Positions 44,212-61,138 of a stretch of 64,000 nt of DNA are shown here, piece by piece; the stretch's first letter is position 1, and each line of letters starts with the position of its first letter. Under the pieces are notes generated by a model. The model worked only from the letters and a program-made list of their open reading frames with translations, did not search any database and was not told the DNA's origin. Position numbers and translations under genes: made by a program. This DNA comes from Escherichia coli (GTDB taxonomy: Bacteria; Pseudomonadota; Gammaproteobacteria; Enterobacterales; Enterobacteriaceae), in NCBI RefSeq assembly GCF_003334315.1, contig NZ_QOWR01000024.1. One strand, written 5' to 3'.

Positions 44212-44292
44212 TGCCCGATGCGCTGCGCTTATCGGGCCTTCATGGTTCGTGCGACATGTAGGCCGGATAAGGCGTTCACGCCGCATCCGGCA
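44212..44292. repeat. REP/BIME element (two REP palindromes) between hycI and ascB
   Basis: gcccgatgcgctgcgcttatcgggcc and gtaggccggataaggcgttcacgccgcatccggca, the canonical REP consensus (GCCGGATAAGGCGTT...). Confidence 0.85.
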
Positions 44293-44299
44293 CTGTTAC

Positions 44300-47190
<2,891 letters not shown>

Positions 47191-47273
47191 CGGATTTTAT
47201 CCTGTTATCAGTAGGGTAGATGTAGTTGTTATCAGTCGACGTGACGGAAAAATGCCGATGCTGAAACGGAATT

Positions 47274-47289
47274 AAGAAACCGGTTTCAC
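47274..47289. promoter_or_regulatory. AscG-type operator palindrome in the ascF-ascG divergent promoter region
   Basis: Perfect 12-bp palindrome GAAACCGGTTTC at 47276-47287; a related half-site TGAAACCGGTCAC lies at 47351-47363. Confidence 0.6.
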
Positions 47290-47449
47290 AAAATCATGAA
47301 TAGTTGTCACTAAATAAGCAAGAGAGTGAATTGTTCATTTTTTATATTTGTGAAACCGGTCACCTGAATATTTTTCCCGCCGATTGTGCAAGGACAATCG
47401 GCAAACGGTGCAGTACACTGCGTTGATTGCGTGTAAAGGGATGAAAATG

Positions 47450-48460
47450 ATGACGACGATGCTGGAAGTGGCGAAGCGCGCCGGGGTTTCAAAAGCGACC
47501 GTTTCCCGCGTGCTTTCAGGTAATGGCTACGTCAGCCAGGAGACTAAAGATCGCGTGTTTCAGGCGGTAGAAGAGAGCGGTTACCGTCCAAACTTGCTGG
47601 CGCGCAATCTGTCGGCGAAGAGTACTCAGACGCTGGGGCTGGTAGTGACCAACACGCTTTACCACGGCATTTATTTTAGTGAATTACTCTTTCATGCCGC
47701 GCGAATGGCGGAAGAGAAAGGGCGGCAGTTGCTATTGGCAGATGGTAAACACAGCGCAGAAGAAGAGCGCCAGGCGATTCAGTATCTGCTGGATCTGCGC
47801 TGCGACGCGATCATGATTTACCCGCGTTTTTTAAGCGTGGATGAGATCGATGACATCATTGACGCGCACAGTCAGCCGATAATGGTGCTTAATCGCCGCC
47901 TGCGCAAAAACAGCAGCCATAGCGTCTGGTGCGATCATAAACAGACCAGTTTTAACGCCGTGGCAGAGTTGATAAACGCCGGGCATCAGGAGATTGCTTT
48001 CCTTACCGGCTCGATGGATTCCCCCACCAGCATTGAACGTCTTGCCGGGTATAAAGACGCGCTGGCGCAGCATGGTATTGCGCTCAATGAAAAACTTATC
48101 GCTAACGGTAAATGGACGCCTGCCAGCGGGGCCGAAGGGGTAGAAATGTTGCTCGAACGTGGGGCTAAATTTAGCGCGTTAGTTGCCAGTAACGACGATA
48201 TGGCGATAGGTGCGATGAAAGCGTTACACGAGCGCGGCGTAGCGGTGCCAGAGCAGGTGTCAGTTATCGGATTCGATGATATCGCTATTGCCCCCTACAC
48301 CGTTCCGGCGCTCTCCAGCGTAAAAATTCCGGTGACTGAGATGATTCAGGAAATTATTGGACGGCTGATTTTTATGCTCGATGGCGGGGATTTCTCACCG
48401 CCGAAAACCTTCAGCGGAAAACTGATCCGCCGCGACTCACTCATTGCTCCTTCGCGATAA
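47450..48460 (+). CDS. ascG: LacI/GalR-family repressor AscG (336 aa)
   Basis: N-terminal HTH (MLEVAKRAGVSKATVSRVL) and periplasmic-binding-protein-like effector domain; reading frame intact. Confidence 0.93.
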   Translation: MTTMLEVAKRAGVSKATVSRVLSGNGYVSQETKDRVFQAVEESGYRPNLLARNLSAKSTQTLGLVVTNTLYHGIYFSELLFHAARMAEEKGRQLLLADGKHSAEEERQAIQYLLDLRCDAIMIYPRFLSVDEIDDIIDAHSQPIMVLNRRLRKNSSHSVWCDHKQTSFNAVAELINAGHQEIAFLTGSMDSPTSIERLAGYKDALAQHGIALNEKLIANGKWTPASGAEGVEMLLERGAKFSALVASNDDMAIGAMKALHERGVAVPEQVSVIGFDDIAIAPYTVPALSSVKIPVTEMIQEIIGRLIFMLDGGDFSPPKTFSGKLIRRDSLIAPSR

Positions 48461-48608
48461 ACATTGTCATCACATGTCATCGTCACTAGTGTCGATGACA
48501 TCGTTTTTCCTGCATTACAGAAATTAATTTCCTTAAATAACAGTAAATTAAAAACTGGCATGATTTGTGAATGTATCGGCGCATTAACTGTCATTGCTGG
48601 AGAATTTG

Positions 48609-49136
48609 ATGAACCGTTTCATCATTGCTGACGCGAGTAAATGTATTGGTTGCCGTACCTGTGAAGTAGCGTGCGTGGTTTCTCATCAGGAAAATCAGGA
48701 TTGTGCATCGCTGACCCCGGAAACTTTTTTACCGCGTATCCATGTCATTAAAGGTGTGAACATTTCCACGGCGACAGTTTGCCGTCAGTGTGAAGATGCA
48801 CCGTGCGCTAACGTCTGCCCGAATGGTGCTATCAGCCGTGATAAAGGGTTTGTTCATGTGATGCAGGAACGTTGCATTGGTTGCAAAACCTGCGTTGTGG
48901 CTTGCCCGTATGGTGCGATGGAAGTGGTGGTACGTCCGGTGATCCGCAACAGCGGCGCGGGTCTGAATGTACGGGCTGACAAAGCCGAAGCCAATAAATG
49001 CGACCTGTGCAACCATCGTGAAGACGGCCCGGCGTGTATGGCGGCTTGCCCGACTCATGCGCTGATTTGTGTCGATCGTAATAAACTTGAACAACTGAGC
49101 GCAGAAAAACGCCGCCGTACGGCGCTGATGTTCTAA
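48609..49136 (+). CDS. hydN: Formate dehydrogenase-H associated ferredoxin-type electron transfer protein HydN (175 aa)
   Basis: Four Cys clusters of 4Fe-4S type; [23 protein letters not shown]-terminus. Confidence 0.93.
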   Translation: MNRFIIADASKCIGCRTCEVACVVSHQENQDCASLTPETFLPRIHVIKGVNISTATVCRQCEDAPCANVCPNGAISRDKGFVHVMQERCIGCKTCVVACPYGAMEVVVRPVIRNSGAGLNVRADKAEANKCDLCNHREDGPACMAACPTHALICVDRNKLEQLSAEKRRRTALMF

Positions 49137-49288
49137 AAATCTTACAGAACTGTTCTGGCATCAAAGGAATTCCCGGAAATATTCGTAGAATACGGAGCGG
49201 GCGGTATCGCCGACCTGTGACTGCCGGATGCGACGCTGTCGTGTCCGGCAGGGCGGGTTACGCAATTCATGATGGCGGGAATAACTCA

Positions 49289-51541
49289 ATGGCAAAAAAC
49301 ACATCTTGCGGTGTCCAACTGCGTATTCGTGGCAAAGTGCAGGGCGTCGGTTTTCGTCCGTTTGTCTGGCAGCTGGCACAGCAATTAAATCTTCACGGCG
49401 ATGTCTGTAATGACGGCGATGGCGTAGAAGTCCGGCTGCGGGAAGACCCGGAAACGTTTCTTGTTCAATTGTATCAGCACTGCCCGCCGCTGGCGCGTAT
49501 TGATAGCGTCGAGCGTGAGCCGTTTATCTGGTCACAACTGCCCACCGAGTTCACTATACGCCAGAGCACAGGCGGCACCATGAATACGCAAATTGTTCCC
49601 GATGCCGCTACTTGCCCTGCTTGCCTTGCCGAAATGAATACCCCAGGCGAACGGCGTTATCGTTATCCGTTTATCAACTGTACCCACTGCGGCCCGCGTT
49701 TCACCATTATTCGCGCCATGCCTTACGACCGCCCGTTTACCGTGATGGCGGCGTTTCCGCTATGTCCGGCCTGTGACAAAGAGTACCGTGACCCGCTCGA
49801 TCGTCGCTTCCACGCCCAGCCGGTGGCCTGCCCGGAGTGTGGCCCGCATCTTGAATGGGTAAGTCATGGTGAACATGCGGAACAAGAGGCGGCATTACAG
49901 GCAGCTATCGCACAGTTAAAAATGGGCAAAATTGTCGCCATCAAAGGGATTGGCGGATTTCATCTTGCCTGCGATGCACGTAACAGTAACGCGGTGGCGA
50001 CACTTCGGGCGCGCAAACATCGCCCGGCGAAACCGCTGGCGGTCATGTTGCCAGTGGCTGACGGTTTACCAGACGCTGCGCGCCAGTTGCTTACCACGCC
50101 CGCCGCGCCGATTGTGCTGGTGGATAAAAAATACGTTCCTGAGCTTTGTGATGATATCGCCCCTGACCTTAACGAAGTCGGGGTAATGTTGCCTGCGAAC
50201 CCGCTCCAGCATTTGCTGTTACAGGAACTGCAATGCCCGCTGGTGATGACCTCCGGCAACCTGAGCGGTAAACCACCAGCTATCAGCAACGAACAGGCGC
50301 TGGCGGATTTGCAGGGCATTGCCGACGGATTTTTGATACATAACCGCGACATCGTGCAGCGGATGGATGATTCGGTGGTGCGCGAAAGCGGCGAAATGCT
50401 GCGCCGTTCGCGGGGGTATGTGCCGGATGCGCTGGCTTTGCCTCCGGGCTTTAAAAATGTTCCGCCTGTGCTGTGTCTCGGCGCGGATCTGAAAAATACC
50501 TTCTGCCTGGTGCGCGGTGAACAAGCGGTGTTGAGTCAGCATCTGGGCGATTTAAGTGACGATGGCATCCAGATGCAGTGGCGCGAAGCGTTACGCCTGA
50601 TGCAAAACATCTACGATTTCACCCCGCAATACGTTGTGCATGACGCACATCCGGGCTATGTCTCCAGCCAGTGGGCGCGCGAAATGAATCTGCCGACGCA
50701 AACGGTGCTGCATCATCATGCCCACGCAGCGGCGTGTCTGGCAGAGCATCAGTGGCCGCTGGATGGCGGTGATGTCATTGCTTTGACGCTCGACGGTATC
50801 GGTATGGGGGAGAATGGCGCTTTGTGGGGCGGCGAGTGCCTGCGGGTGAACTATCGCGAATGTGAGCACCTGGGCGGCTTGCCTGCAGTGGCGCTTGCTG
50901 GTGGCGATTTGGCGGCGAAGCAGCCGTGGCGAAACCTGCTGGCGCAGTGCCTGCGCTTTGTGCCGGAGTGGCAGAATTATCCCGAAACAGCGAGTGTGCA
51001 ACAGCAAAACTGGAGCGTGCTGGCGCGGGCCATTGAGCGTGGAATTAACGCGCCGCTGGCGTCATCGTGTGGGCGTTTTTTCGATGCAGTGGCGGCGGCA
51101 CTGGGCTGTGCGCCAGCCACGTTAAGTTATGAAGGTGAAGCGGCTTGTGCTCTGGAGGCGCTCGCAGCCTCATGCCACGGAGTGACGCATCCGGTGACAA
51201 TGCCGCGGGTGGACAATCAACTGGATCTCGCCACTTTCTGGCAGCAGTGGCTGAACTGGCAGGCACCGGTTAATCAACGCGCGTGGGCGTTTCATGATGC
51301 GCTGGCGCAGGGTTTTGCCGCGTTGATGCGTGAGCAGGCCACGATGCGTGGTATCACTACGCTGGTATTTAGCGGCGGGGTTATTCATAACCGTTTGCTG
51401 CGTGCACGTCTGGCGCATTATCTCGCTGATTTCACATTGCTCTTTCCACAGAGTTTACCGGCGGGTGATGGCGGTTTGTCTCTGGGGCAGGGGGTTATTG
51501 CTGCGGCGCGTTGGTTAGCGGGTGAAGTCCAGAACGGATAA
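49289..51541 (+). CDS. hypF: Carbamoyltransferase HypF (hydrogenase maturation, 750 aa)
   Basis: Acylphosphatase-like N-terminus ([18 protein letters not shown]), two Zn-finger CxxC pairs, YrdC-like and Kae1-like domains; start at MAKNTSCG (the track is extended 24 codons). Confidence 0.95.
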   Translation: MAKNTSCGVQLRIRGKVQGVGFRPFVWQLAQQLNLHGDVCNDGDGVEVRLREDPETFLVQLYQHCPPLARIDSVEREPFIWSQLPTEFTIRQSTGGTMNTQIVPDAATCPACLAEMNTPGERRYRYPFINCTHCGPRFTIIRAMPYDRPFTVMAAFPLCPACDKEYRDPLDRRFHAQPVACPECGPHLEWVSHGEHAEQEAALQAAIAQLKMGKIVAIKGIGGFHLACDARNSNAVATLRARKHRPAKPLAVMLPVADGLPDAARQLLTTPAAPIVLVDKKYVPELCDDIAPDLNEVGVMLPANPLQHLLLQELQCPLVMTSGNLSGKPPAISNEQALADLQGIADGFLIHNRDIVQRMDDSVVRESGEMLRRSRGYVPDALALPPGFKNVPPVLCLGADLKNTFCLVRGEQAVLSQHLGDLSDDGIQMQWREALRLMQNIYDFTPQYVVHDAHPGYVSSQWAREMNLPTQTVLHHHAHAAACLAEHQWPLDGGDVIALTLDGIGMGENGALWGGECLRVNYRECEHLGGLPAVALAGGDLAAKQPWRNLLAQCLRFVPEWQNYPETASVQQQNWSVLARAIERGINAPLASSCGRFFDAVAAALGCAPATLSYEGEAACALEALAASCHGVTHPVTMPRVDNQLDLATFWQQWLNWQAPVNQRAWAFHDALAQGFAALMREQATMRGITTLVFSGGVIHNRLLRARLAHYLADFTLLFPQSLPAGDGGLSLGQGVIAAARWLAGEVQNG

Positions 51542-51564
51542 AACGTGTTGCATTTGGACACCAT

Positions 51565-51648
<84 letters not shown>

Positions 51649-51668
51649 TTTTAGGCACAGTAGCCCAC

Positions 51669-52802
51669 CTACATCGGCAATGTTTTCAACAATCCAAATG
51701 CCTCTTTCATCCGATCCTCACTGACCACAAAGGCGCGAAGCTGGTCAGCATCGTCAACGCCGCGCGCCACCATTCCCTGGCGTTCGGTATTAATTTGCCA
51801 GCGTAAATCCTGACGCTGGGTTTCGCCTGCCAGATGCAGCGGTAATTCCGGCGTTTTGATTTTCACCAGCATCGCCGGGAGTTTCAGCGGCGTGTTATTG
51901 CCGAGAAGATTTTTTGCCAGCACCATCGCGCTAAGTTGAATCGGCTGGAGGAACGGCAATACCTGACCGTTAATTTCCGCGCAATCGCCCAGCGCGTAAA
52001 TATCGGTATTACTGGTTTGCAGATAACTATCGACGCAAACGCCGCGATTAATCGTCAGCCCGGCGCGTCGTGCCAGGGCGGTTTCCGGGCGCAGTCCGGT
52101 GGCGGCAATTACCGCATCCACTTCGATATTGCGCTGGCGGTCCAGCGTTGCCTGAATGCCAGAATCCGTTTTTTCCAGCCCCTGTAACTGAGATTTCAAC
52201 AGCAGATGAACGCCCATCTCCGTCAACCGATGCTGCAAGCGGCTGCTTACTTCCGGTGGCATTAACGACGCCAGAATACTGGCAGCGTTGTCGATTAGCG
52301 TGACCGCTTTGCCTGCACGACAAAAATCCATCGCCAGTTCGCTACCAATCAAACCACCGCCAACAATCAACACGCGTCGGGCATCCCGCAGTTGCGTTTC
52401 ACAGGCGCGATACTCTTGCTGACTATTTAACGTCAGCATTAACTCACGCCCAGGCACAGGCGGGACAAAGGCACTGGCACCGGTTGCCAGTACTAGCTTG
52501 TCGTATTGCCACTGATTATTCTGGCTTTTCACCACACGGGCTTCGGCATCGATATCCGTCACCCAGGTTTGTGGAAACAGGTGCAGATTAAACTGCTCGG
52601 CAAATTCACCCGCCGTCTGGCGGGTAAGGTCATCGGCACGTTGCCCCTGACTGATAACATGGCTGATGTCAGGTTTGTTGTACTCATCCATGCTGTCGGC
52701 GGCAATCAAGGTTAATGGAATAGTGGCGTCCTGTTTGCGAATATTTTTCACCAGTTGTCGGGCGGCGAAGCCCGAACCAATGATCACAATGCCGTTGCTC
52801 AT
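51669..52802 (-). CDS. norW: NADH:flavorubredoxin reductase NorW (377 aa)
   Basis: FAD/NAD Rossmann motifs ([22 protein letters not shown]). Confidence 0.95.
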   Translation of the reverse strand: MSNGIVIIGSGFAARQLVKNIRKQDATIPLTLIAADSMDEYNKPDISHVISQGQRADDLTRQTAGEFAEQFNLHLFPQTWVTDIDAEARVVKSQNNQWQYDKLVLATGASAFVPPVPGRELMLTLNSQQEYRACETQLRDARRVLIVGGGLIGSELAMDFCRAGKAVTLIDNAASILASLMPPEVSSRLQHRLTEMGVHLLLKSQLQGLEKTDSGIQATLDRQRNIEVDAVIAATGLRPETALARRAGLTINRGVCVDSYLQTSNTDIYALGDCAEINGQVLPFLQPIQLSAMVLAKNLLGNNTPLKLPAMLVKIKTPELPLHLAGETQRQDLRWQINTERQGMVARGVDDADQLRAFVVSEDRMKEAFGLLKTLPM

Positions 52803-54238
52803 TTTGCCTCCGATGCCAGTTCGTCAAAGACGTCTTTGCCGAGGGAGCATTCCGGGCAGAGGAAGTTATCCGGAACTTCACTCCACGGCGTTCCTGGCGC
52901 AACGTCCTGCATTGGCTCGCCTTTTGCCGGATCGTAAATCCACTGGCAGACGCTGCACTGCATCCGTGGGCCGAGGTCAGCCGTCGTGGTGGCAGAGGTT
53001 TCTTCTTTAACCACCGAATTCACCGTGCTCTGCGGCAGCGGCGCGAGCGCCCACTGACGGGCGATTTCGCGACCGTGTTCACGGCATAACTCCAGAGCGT
53101 CCTGGTCTGGTCGCCATTTGGCTTTCAGGCTGAGCGACATTTCGAAACCCGCATCCTGCAGGCGCGTGGAAAGACGATCCACCGCACCGCCGCTCCAGCC
53201 GTGAGATCCGAAAGCACTGGCGCGTTTGTTACGGAAGCGTAATCCGGTCATCTCCTCCACCAGCCCGGCGATTTTCGGCATCATCACGTTATTCATCGTC
53301 GAAGTGCCGACCAGCACGCCTTTTGAGCGGAAGACATTGGTCAGGATTTCGTTTTTATCGCTTCGGGCGACGTTGAAAATTTTCACCGCCACGCGTGGGT
53401 CGGTTTCCGCAATTCCCTGGGCGATAGCGTCAGCCATCATGCGGGTGTTATTCGACATGGTGTCGTAGAAAATGGTGATTCTGTCTTCCTGATAATCAGC
53501 CGCCCATTTCAGGTACAGCTCGACAATTTGCGTCGGGTTATCGCGCCATACCACGCCGTGGGAAGTGGCTATCATATCGACTGGTAAGTTAAAGCCCAGG
53601 ATCTCGGTAATTTTCGGCGTTACCAGGCGGCTGAACGGCGTCAGGATATTGGCGTAGTAACGTTGGCACTGCTCGAAAAGCTCCGTCTGATCCACTTCAT
53701 CGTTGAACAGATGCTCGTCGCAGTAGTGCTGACCGAAAGCATCGTTACTGAACAGCACCGCGTCGCCTGTCAGGTAAGTCATCATGCTGTCCGGCCAGTG
53801 CAGCATTGGTGTTTCGACAAAAATGAGCTGTTTGCCGTTGCCGATATCCAGCGTGTCGCCAGTTTTCACCACATTAAAATTCCACTCCGGATGATGGTGA
53901 TGACCATTTATCGAGTCGATAGCGTTGGCAGTACAGTAGATCGGCGTATCGGGAATTTGTGCCATCAGTTCGGTCAGCGCCCCAGCGTGGTCCTCTTCTG
54001 CATGGTTAATCACGATGTAATCGATATCCGCCAGATCGATTTCATTACGCAGGTTCTGCACAAATTCGCGGCTGAATTTATGGTCGACGGTGTCGATCAG
54101 CACGTTTTTTTCTTCGCGGATGAGGTAGCTATTGTAGCTGCTGCCGCGCAGCGTTTTATATTCCGTGCCGTGAAAATCACGCACTTCCCAGTCACGTTGA
54201 CCAACCCAATGAATGTTATTTTTCACCACAATAGACAT
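52799..54238 (-). CDS. norV: Anaerobic nitric oxide reductase flavorubredoxin NorV (479 aa)
   Basis: Metallo-beta-lactamase-like diiron domain (HAEEDHAG), flavodoxin domain and C-terminal rubredoxin (CxxC...CPxC). Confidence 0.95.
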   Translation of the reverse strand: MSIVVKNNIHWVGQRDWEVRDFHGTEYKTLRGSSYNSYLIREEKNVLIDTVDHKFSREFVQNLRNEIDLADIDYIVINHAEEDHAGALTELMAQIPDTPIYCTANAIDSINGHHHHPEWNFNVVKTGDTLDIGNGKQLIFVETPMLHWPDSMMTYLTGDAVLFSNDAFGQHYCDEHLFNDEVDQTELFEQCQRYYANILTPFSRLVTPKITEILGFNLPVDMIATSHGVVWRDNPTQIVELYLKWAADYQEDRITIFYDTMSNNTRMMADAIAQGIAETDPRVAVKIFNVARSDKNEILTNVFRSKGVLVGTSTMNNVMMPKIAGLVEEMTGLRFRNKRASAFGSHGWSGGAVDRLSTRLQDAGFEMSLSLKAKWRPDQDALELCREHGREIARQWALAPLPQSTVNSVVKEETSATTTADLGPRMQCSVCQWIYDPAKGEPMQDVAPGTPWSEVPDNFLCPECSLGKDVFDELASEAK

Positions 54239-54284
54239 AGCAACCTCAATTTATTCAGCGTGTTCTAAAAAGATGTCTTGCTAA

Positions 54285-54302
54285 TTGCAGATTGCGTGCC
54301 AG
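54285..54302 (-). promoter_or_regulatory. Sigma-54 promoter for norVW
   Basis: Reverse complement reads CTGGCAC-gcaat-CTGCA (GG-N10-GC), about 45-65 bp upstream of the norV start. Confidence 0.7.
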
Positions 54303-54356
54303 TTTTTTATCTGATTGTTTTTACTCTATAAATAAAATTATGCCCATTAATGAGTA

Positions 54357-54412
54357 GTCAAAATGACTATCAATCAAATGGTCGATATGACAATATCTAT
54401 AGTCAAATTGAC
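54357..54412. promoter_or_regulatory. Three NorR binding sites (GT-N7-AC inverted repeats)
   Basis: GTCAAAATGAC (54357-54367), GTCGATATGAC (54381-54391), GTCAAATTGAC (54402-54412), the classic triple NorR enhancer immediately upstream of norR. Confidence 0.85.
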
Positions 54413-54424
54413 AGTGAGGCAAAG

Positions 54425-55939
54425 ATGAGTTTTTCCGTTGATGTGCTGGCGAATATCGCCATCGAATTGCAGCGTGGGATTGGTCATCAGGATCGTTTTC
54501 AGCGCCTGATCACCACGCTACGTCAGGTGCTGGAGTGCGATGCGTCTGCGTTGCTACGTTACGATTCGCGGCAGTTTATTCCGCTTGCCATCGACGGTCT
54601 GGCAAAGGATGTACTCGGTAGACGCTTTGCGCTGGAAGGGCATCCACGGCTGGAAGCGATTGCCCGCGCCGGGGATGTGGTGCGCTTTCCCGCAGACAGC
54701 GAATTGCCCGATCCCTATGACGGTTTGATTCCTGGGCAGGAGAGTCTGAAGGTTCACGCCTGCGTTGGTCTGCCATTGTTTGCCGGGCAAAACCTGATCG
54801 GCGCACTGACGCTCGACGGGATGCAGCCCGATCAGTTCGATGTTTTCAGCGACGAAGAGCTACGGCTGATTGCTGCGCTGGCGGCGGGAGCGTTAAGCAA
54901 TGCGTTGCTGATTGAACAACTGGAAAGCCAGAATATGCTGCCAGGCGATGCCACGCCGTTTGAAGCGGTGAAACAGACGCAGATGATTGGCTTGTCCCCT
55001 GGCATGACGCAACTGAAAAAAGAGATTGAGATTGTGGCGGCGTCCGATCTCAACGTCCTGATCAGCGGTGAGACTGGAACCGGTAAGGAGCTAGTGGCGA
55101 AAGCGATTCATGAAGCCTCGCCACGGGCGGTGAATCCGCTGGTCTATCTCAACTGTGCTGCACTGCCGGAAAGTGTGGCGGAAAGTGAGTTGTTCGGGCA
55201 TGTGAAAGGAGCGTTTACTGGCGCTATCAGTAATCGCAGCGGGAAGTTTGAAATGGCGGATAACGGCACGCTGTTTCTGGATGAGATCGGCGAGTTGTCG
55301 TTGGCATTGCAGGCCAAGCTGCTGAGGGTGTTGCAGTATGGCGATATTCAGCGCGTTGGCGATGACCGTTGTTTGCGGGTCGATGTGCGCGTGCTGGCGG
55401 CGACTAACCGCGATTTACGCGAAGAGGTGCTGGCAGGGCGATTCCGCGCCGATTTGTTTCATCGCCTGAGCGTGTTTCCACTTTCGGTGCCGCCGCTGCG
55501 TGAGCGGGGCGATGATGTCATTCTGCTGGCGGGGTATTTCTGCGAGCAGTGTCGTTTGCGGCAGGGGCTCTCCCGCGTGGTATTAAGTGCCGGAGCGCGA
55601 AATTTACTGCAACACTACAGTTTTCCGGGAAACGTGCGCGAACTGGAACATGCTATTCATCGGGCGGTAGTTCTGGCGAGAGCCACCCGCAGCGGCGATG
55701 AAGTGATTCTTGAGGCGCAACATTTTGCTTTTCCTGAGGTGACGTTGCCGCCGCCAGAAGTGGCGGCGGTGCCCGTTGTTAAGCAAAACCTGCGTGAAGC
55801 GACAGAAGCGTTCCAGCGTGAAACTATTCGTCAGGCACTGGCACAAAATCATCACAACTGGGCTGCCTGCGCGCGGATGCTGGAAACCGACGTCGCCAAC
55901 CTGCATCGGCTGGCGAAACGTCTGGGATTGAAGGATTAA
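54425..55939 (+). CDS. norR: NO-responsive sigma-54 activator NorR (504 aa)
   Basis: GAF domain, AAA+ sigma-54 interaction domain ([14 protein letters not shown]) and HTH; start at [15 protein letters not shown] (the track ORF is extended across the enhancer). Confidence 0.95.
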   Translation: MSFSVDVLANIAIELQRGIGHQDRFQRLITTLRQVLECDASALLRYDSRQFIPLAIDGLAKDVLGRRFALEGHPRLEAIARAGDVVRFPADSELPDPYDGLIPGQESLKVHACVGLPLFAGQNLIGALTLDGMQPDQFDVFSDEELRLIAALAAGALSNALLIEQLESQNMLPGDATPFEAVKQTQMIGLSPGMTQLKKEIEIVAASDLNVLISGETGTGKELVAKAIHEASPRAVNPLVYLNCAALPESVAESELFGHVKGAFTGAISNRSGKFEMADNGTLFLDEIGELSLALQAKLLRVLQYGDIQRVGDDRCLRVDVRVLAATNRDLREEVLAGRFRADLFHRLSVFPLSVPPLRERGDDVILLAGYFCEQCRLRQGLSRVVLSAGARNLLQHYSFPGNVRELEHAIHRAVVLARATRSGDEVILEAQHFAFPEVTLPPPEVAAVPVVKQNLREATEAFQRETIRQALAQNHHNWAACARMLETDVANLHRLAKRLGLKD

Positions 55940-56901
55940 ATAATCCCGGCCTGATAGAAATCCTGCAGGTTTATTGCGCCGGTGAGTTTGCCGTTTTCAT
56001 CCACCACCGGTGCGGCAGTGATTTTGCGCTTCATCAGGATCTCTTTGGCGTCGATGGCGCGACTTTGCGATTGCAACGTGGTGCCGCCGACCGTCATCGC
56101 TTCATTGACTGGCGTGGTGAGTGCGCCGCCGCCAACCAGCCAGCGACGTAAATCGCCGTCGGTAAAGACGCCTTGTACCTGTTGTTGAGCGTCACATACC
56201 GCCACCAGCCCCAGACCGGTGCGGCTGAGTTCCAGCATCGCATCCATCACGCTGGCGGTTAACGCCACCTGTGGGATGGCATCGTCACGGCGCATCAGAT
56301 GATGCACTTTATTCAGCAAGCGAGCGCCCAGTGCCCCGGCTGGGTGGGAGCGGGCAAAATCTTCTTCATTAAATCCGCGCGCCTGCATGACCGCCATCGC
56401 CAGCGCGTCACCCATCATCAGGGTATTGACGGTGCTGGAGGTCGGCGCAAGGTGCATCGGGCAGGCTTCGCGTTCTACGGAGATATCCAGCACCGCTTTT
56501 GCCGCCAGGCCCAGCGGTGACGTCGGTTTGCCGGTCATCGCCAGCAGCGCGATAGATTTATCTTCCAGACGCGGAATAATCAGATCCAGTTCCTTCGCGC
56601 CACCGGAGTAAGAGATAAACAGCATCACATCGCGGCTTTCGATCATCCCCAGATCGCCGTGCAGCGCTTCTGCCGGATGGACAAAAAAAGCCGGAGTGCC
56701 GGTACTGGCAAGCGTTGCGGCGATTTTCTTACCAATGTGGCCCGATTTGCCAATTCCCGAAACCACCACTTTGCCTTCACAGTGCAGGATGATATTGGCG
56801 GCGCGAACAAAATCATCGCCCAGACGTTCCGGTAAACGGCTTGCTTCCTGCAACTCCAGCATTAACGTCTGACGTCCCGCGTTCAGTAGTGCTTCACTCA
56901 T
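55936..56901 (-). CDS. gutQ: D-arabinose 5-phosphate isomerase GutQ (321 aa)
   Basis: SIS domain followed by tandem CBS domains. Confidence 0.93.
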
Positions 56902-57667
56902 TGCTCTCTCCGGTTATGATCACATCGATCCCTTTCTCTTCCAGCGCCTGACGAAACGCCGGATCGATACCTGCGTCGGTAATCAGCTTATCGACGCTTT
57001 CAAGACTGCAAACTACGTTGGGGCTTTTACGGCCAAACTTTGATGAGTCCGCCATCAAAATCACTTCGCGCGCGGCATTGCACATTGCCTTACTGACGGT
57101 ATAAACCTCGTTAAAGGTGGTTACGCCCGCATTGAGATCGATGCCGTCGGTGCCCATAAACAATTTATCGAAGGTGAAATGCTCGAAGGCATTCTCTGCC
57201 AGTTGCCCGTGAAATGAGGCCGATTTTTTGCGAAACGTTCCGCCTGGCATCAGGATAGTTTGTTCGTTATCCAGTTCGGATAGCGCATTGACGATATGCA
57301 GGCTGTTGGTCATCACCGTGATGTTATTAAAGCGCGAGAGCAGGGGAACCATCTGCAAAACGGTACTGCCAGCATCAAGAATGATCGAATCGCCATCATG
57401 GATAAAACTAACGGCAGCTTCTGCAATCAGCTCTTTCTTGTGGGTGTTGATGAGTGTTTTATGATCGATAGGCGGATCGGATTCCTCTTTATTCAACACC
57501 ACTCCGCCATAAGTACGAATGACGGTTCCTGCATGTTCCAGAATGACCAGATCTTTGCGAATGGTTGTGCCTGTGGTGTCAAAGTATTGCGCCAATTCTT
57601 CAACCGAGCATTTACCCTGCTTTTGCAGATACTCCAGAATGGCGGCCTGACGCTGACGAGGTTTCAT
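56894..57667 (-). CDS. srlR: DeoR-family glucitol operon repressor SrlR/GutR (257 aa)
   Basis: DeoR HTH N-terminus ([14 protein letters not shown]) and sugar-binding domain. Confidence 0.93.
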
Positions 57668-57733
57668 GGGCGTGATTACCTGATTTAGGTTTCAAAATGA
57701 TAACTTCGCAAGCAAGTAACATTCACAACGAAA

Positions 57734-58093
57734 TTATCCACGTTTCAGTTTAAGCGCCAATGATAGAGCATTCTGTGATAGTGGATCATGGGGAAAGATC
57801 ACATCGGGTTGTAAATCACCCGCATGCATGCCGGTAATTGCGGGAATTTTTTGCGGTCGGGCGAAGATGGTCAGTCCTTTCATAAACAAGGTGTCGACGA
57901 TGCGCTGCTGATCGTCCAGCGCGATGGCGACCACGACCCGCGGTTTAAAGCGCCCGCTGGAACGGCCCACGCCAACCCGACCTTGCTGGCATAGTGTGTC
58001 GAAGGCACGGTTAAAACGAGAAATTTGCCAGCCGCCTAAGGCCAGTTGCGCACACCAGGCGATAACGGCGACAGTGATGAGTGCGGATACCAT
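57734..58093 (-). CDS. gutM: Glucitol operon activator GutM (119 aa)
   Basis: Small ORF between srlD and srlR. Confidence 0.88.
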   Translation of the reverse strand: MVSALITVAVIAWCAQLALGGWQISRFNRAFDTLCQQGRVGVGRSSGRFKPRVVVAIALDDQQRIVDTLFMKGLTIFARPQKIPAITGMHAGDLQPDVIFPHDPLSQNALSLALKLKRG

Positions 58094-58198
58094 AACTTTT
58101 CCTTAATGTAGTGGCGGAAGTCCTGTAGGCCTGATGAGCGTAGCGCATCAGGCATTCTATTAGTCTCACGGAGATCCTTAACGGATCTCCGCTGTTGA

Positions 58199-59353
<1,155 letters not shown>

Positions 59354-59363
59354 GTTTCAGCCT

Positions 59364-60901
<1,538 letters not shown>

Positions 60902-61138
60902 TTATTGTTTTATTACCAAACGGCAACCTAATCTAATCAGATCGAAAGATTTAAAAGTGTTATTTTGATCGCAAAATGAAAGATAAATATTTTAATTTAA
61001 AAGTTTGAATGAAAGGATAGCGAGGAGAATGAGTTGAGTTATGTAAAGTCCGTATCGGGCAGTGACTACCGCTTCCTTGTGCGGGGCGTGATGCTTTACC
61101 ATACTTGCCCCTGGTTGAATCTGTTAAATGGACTCCTC

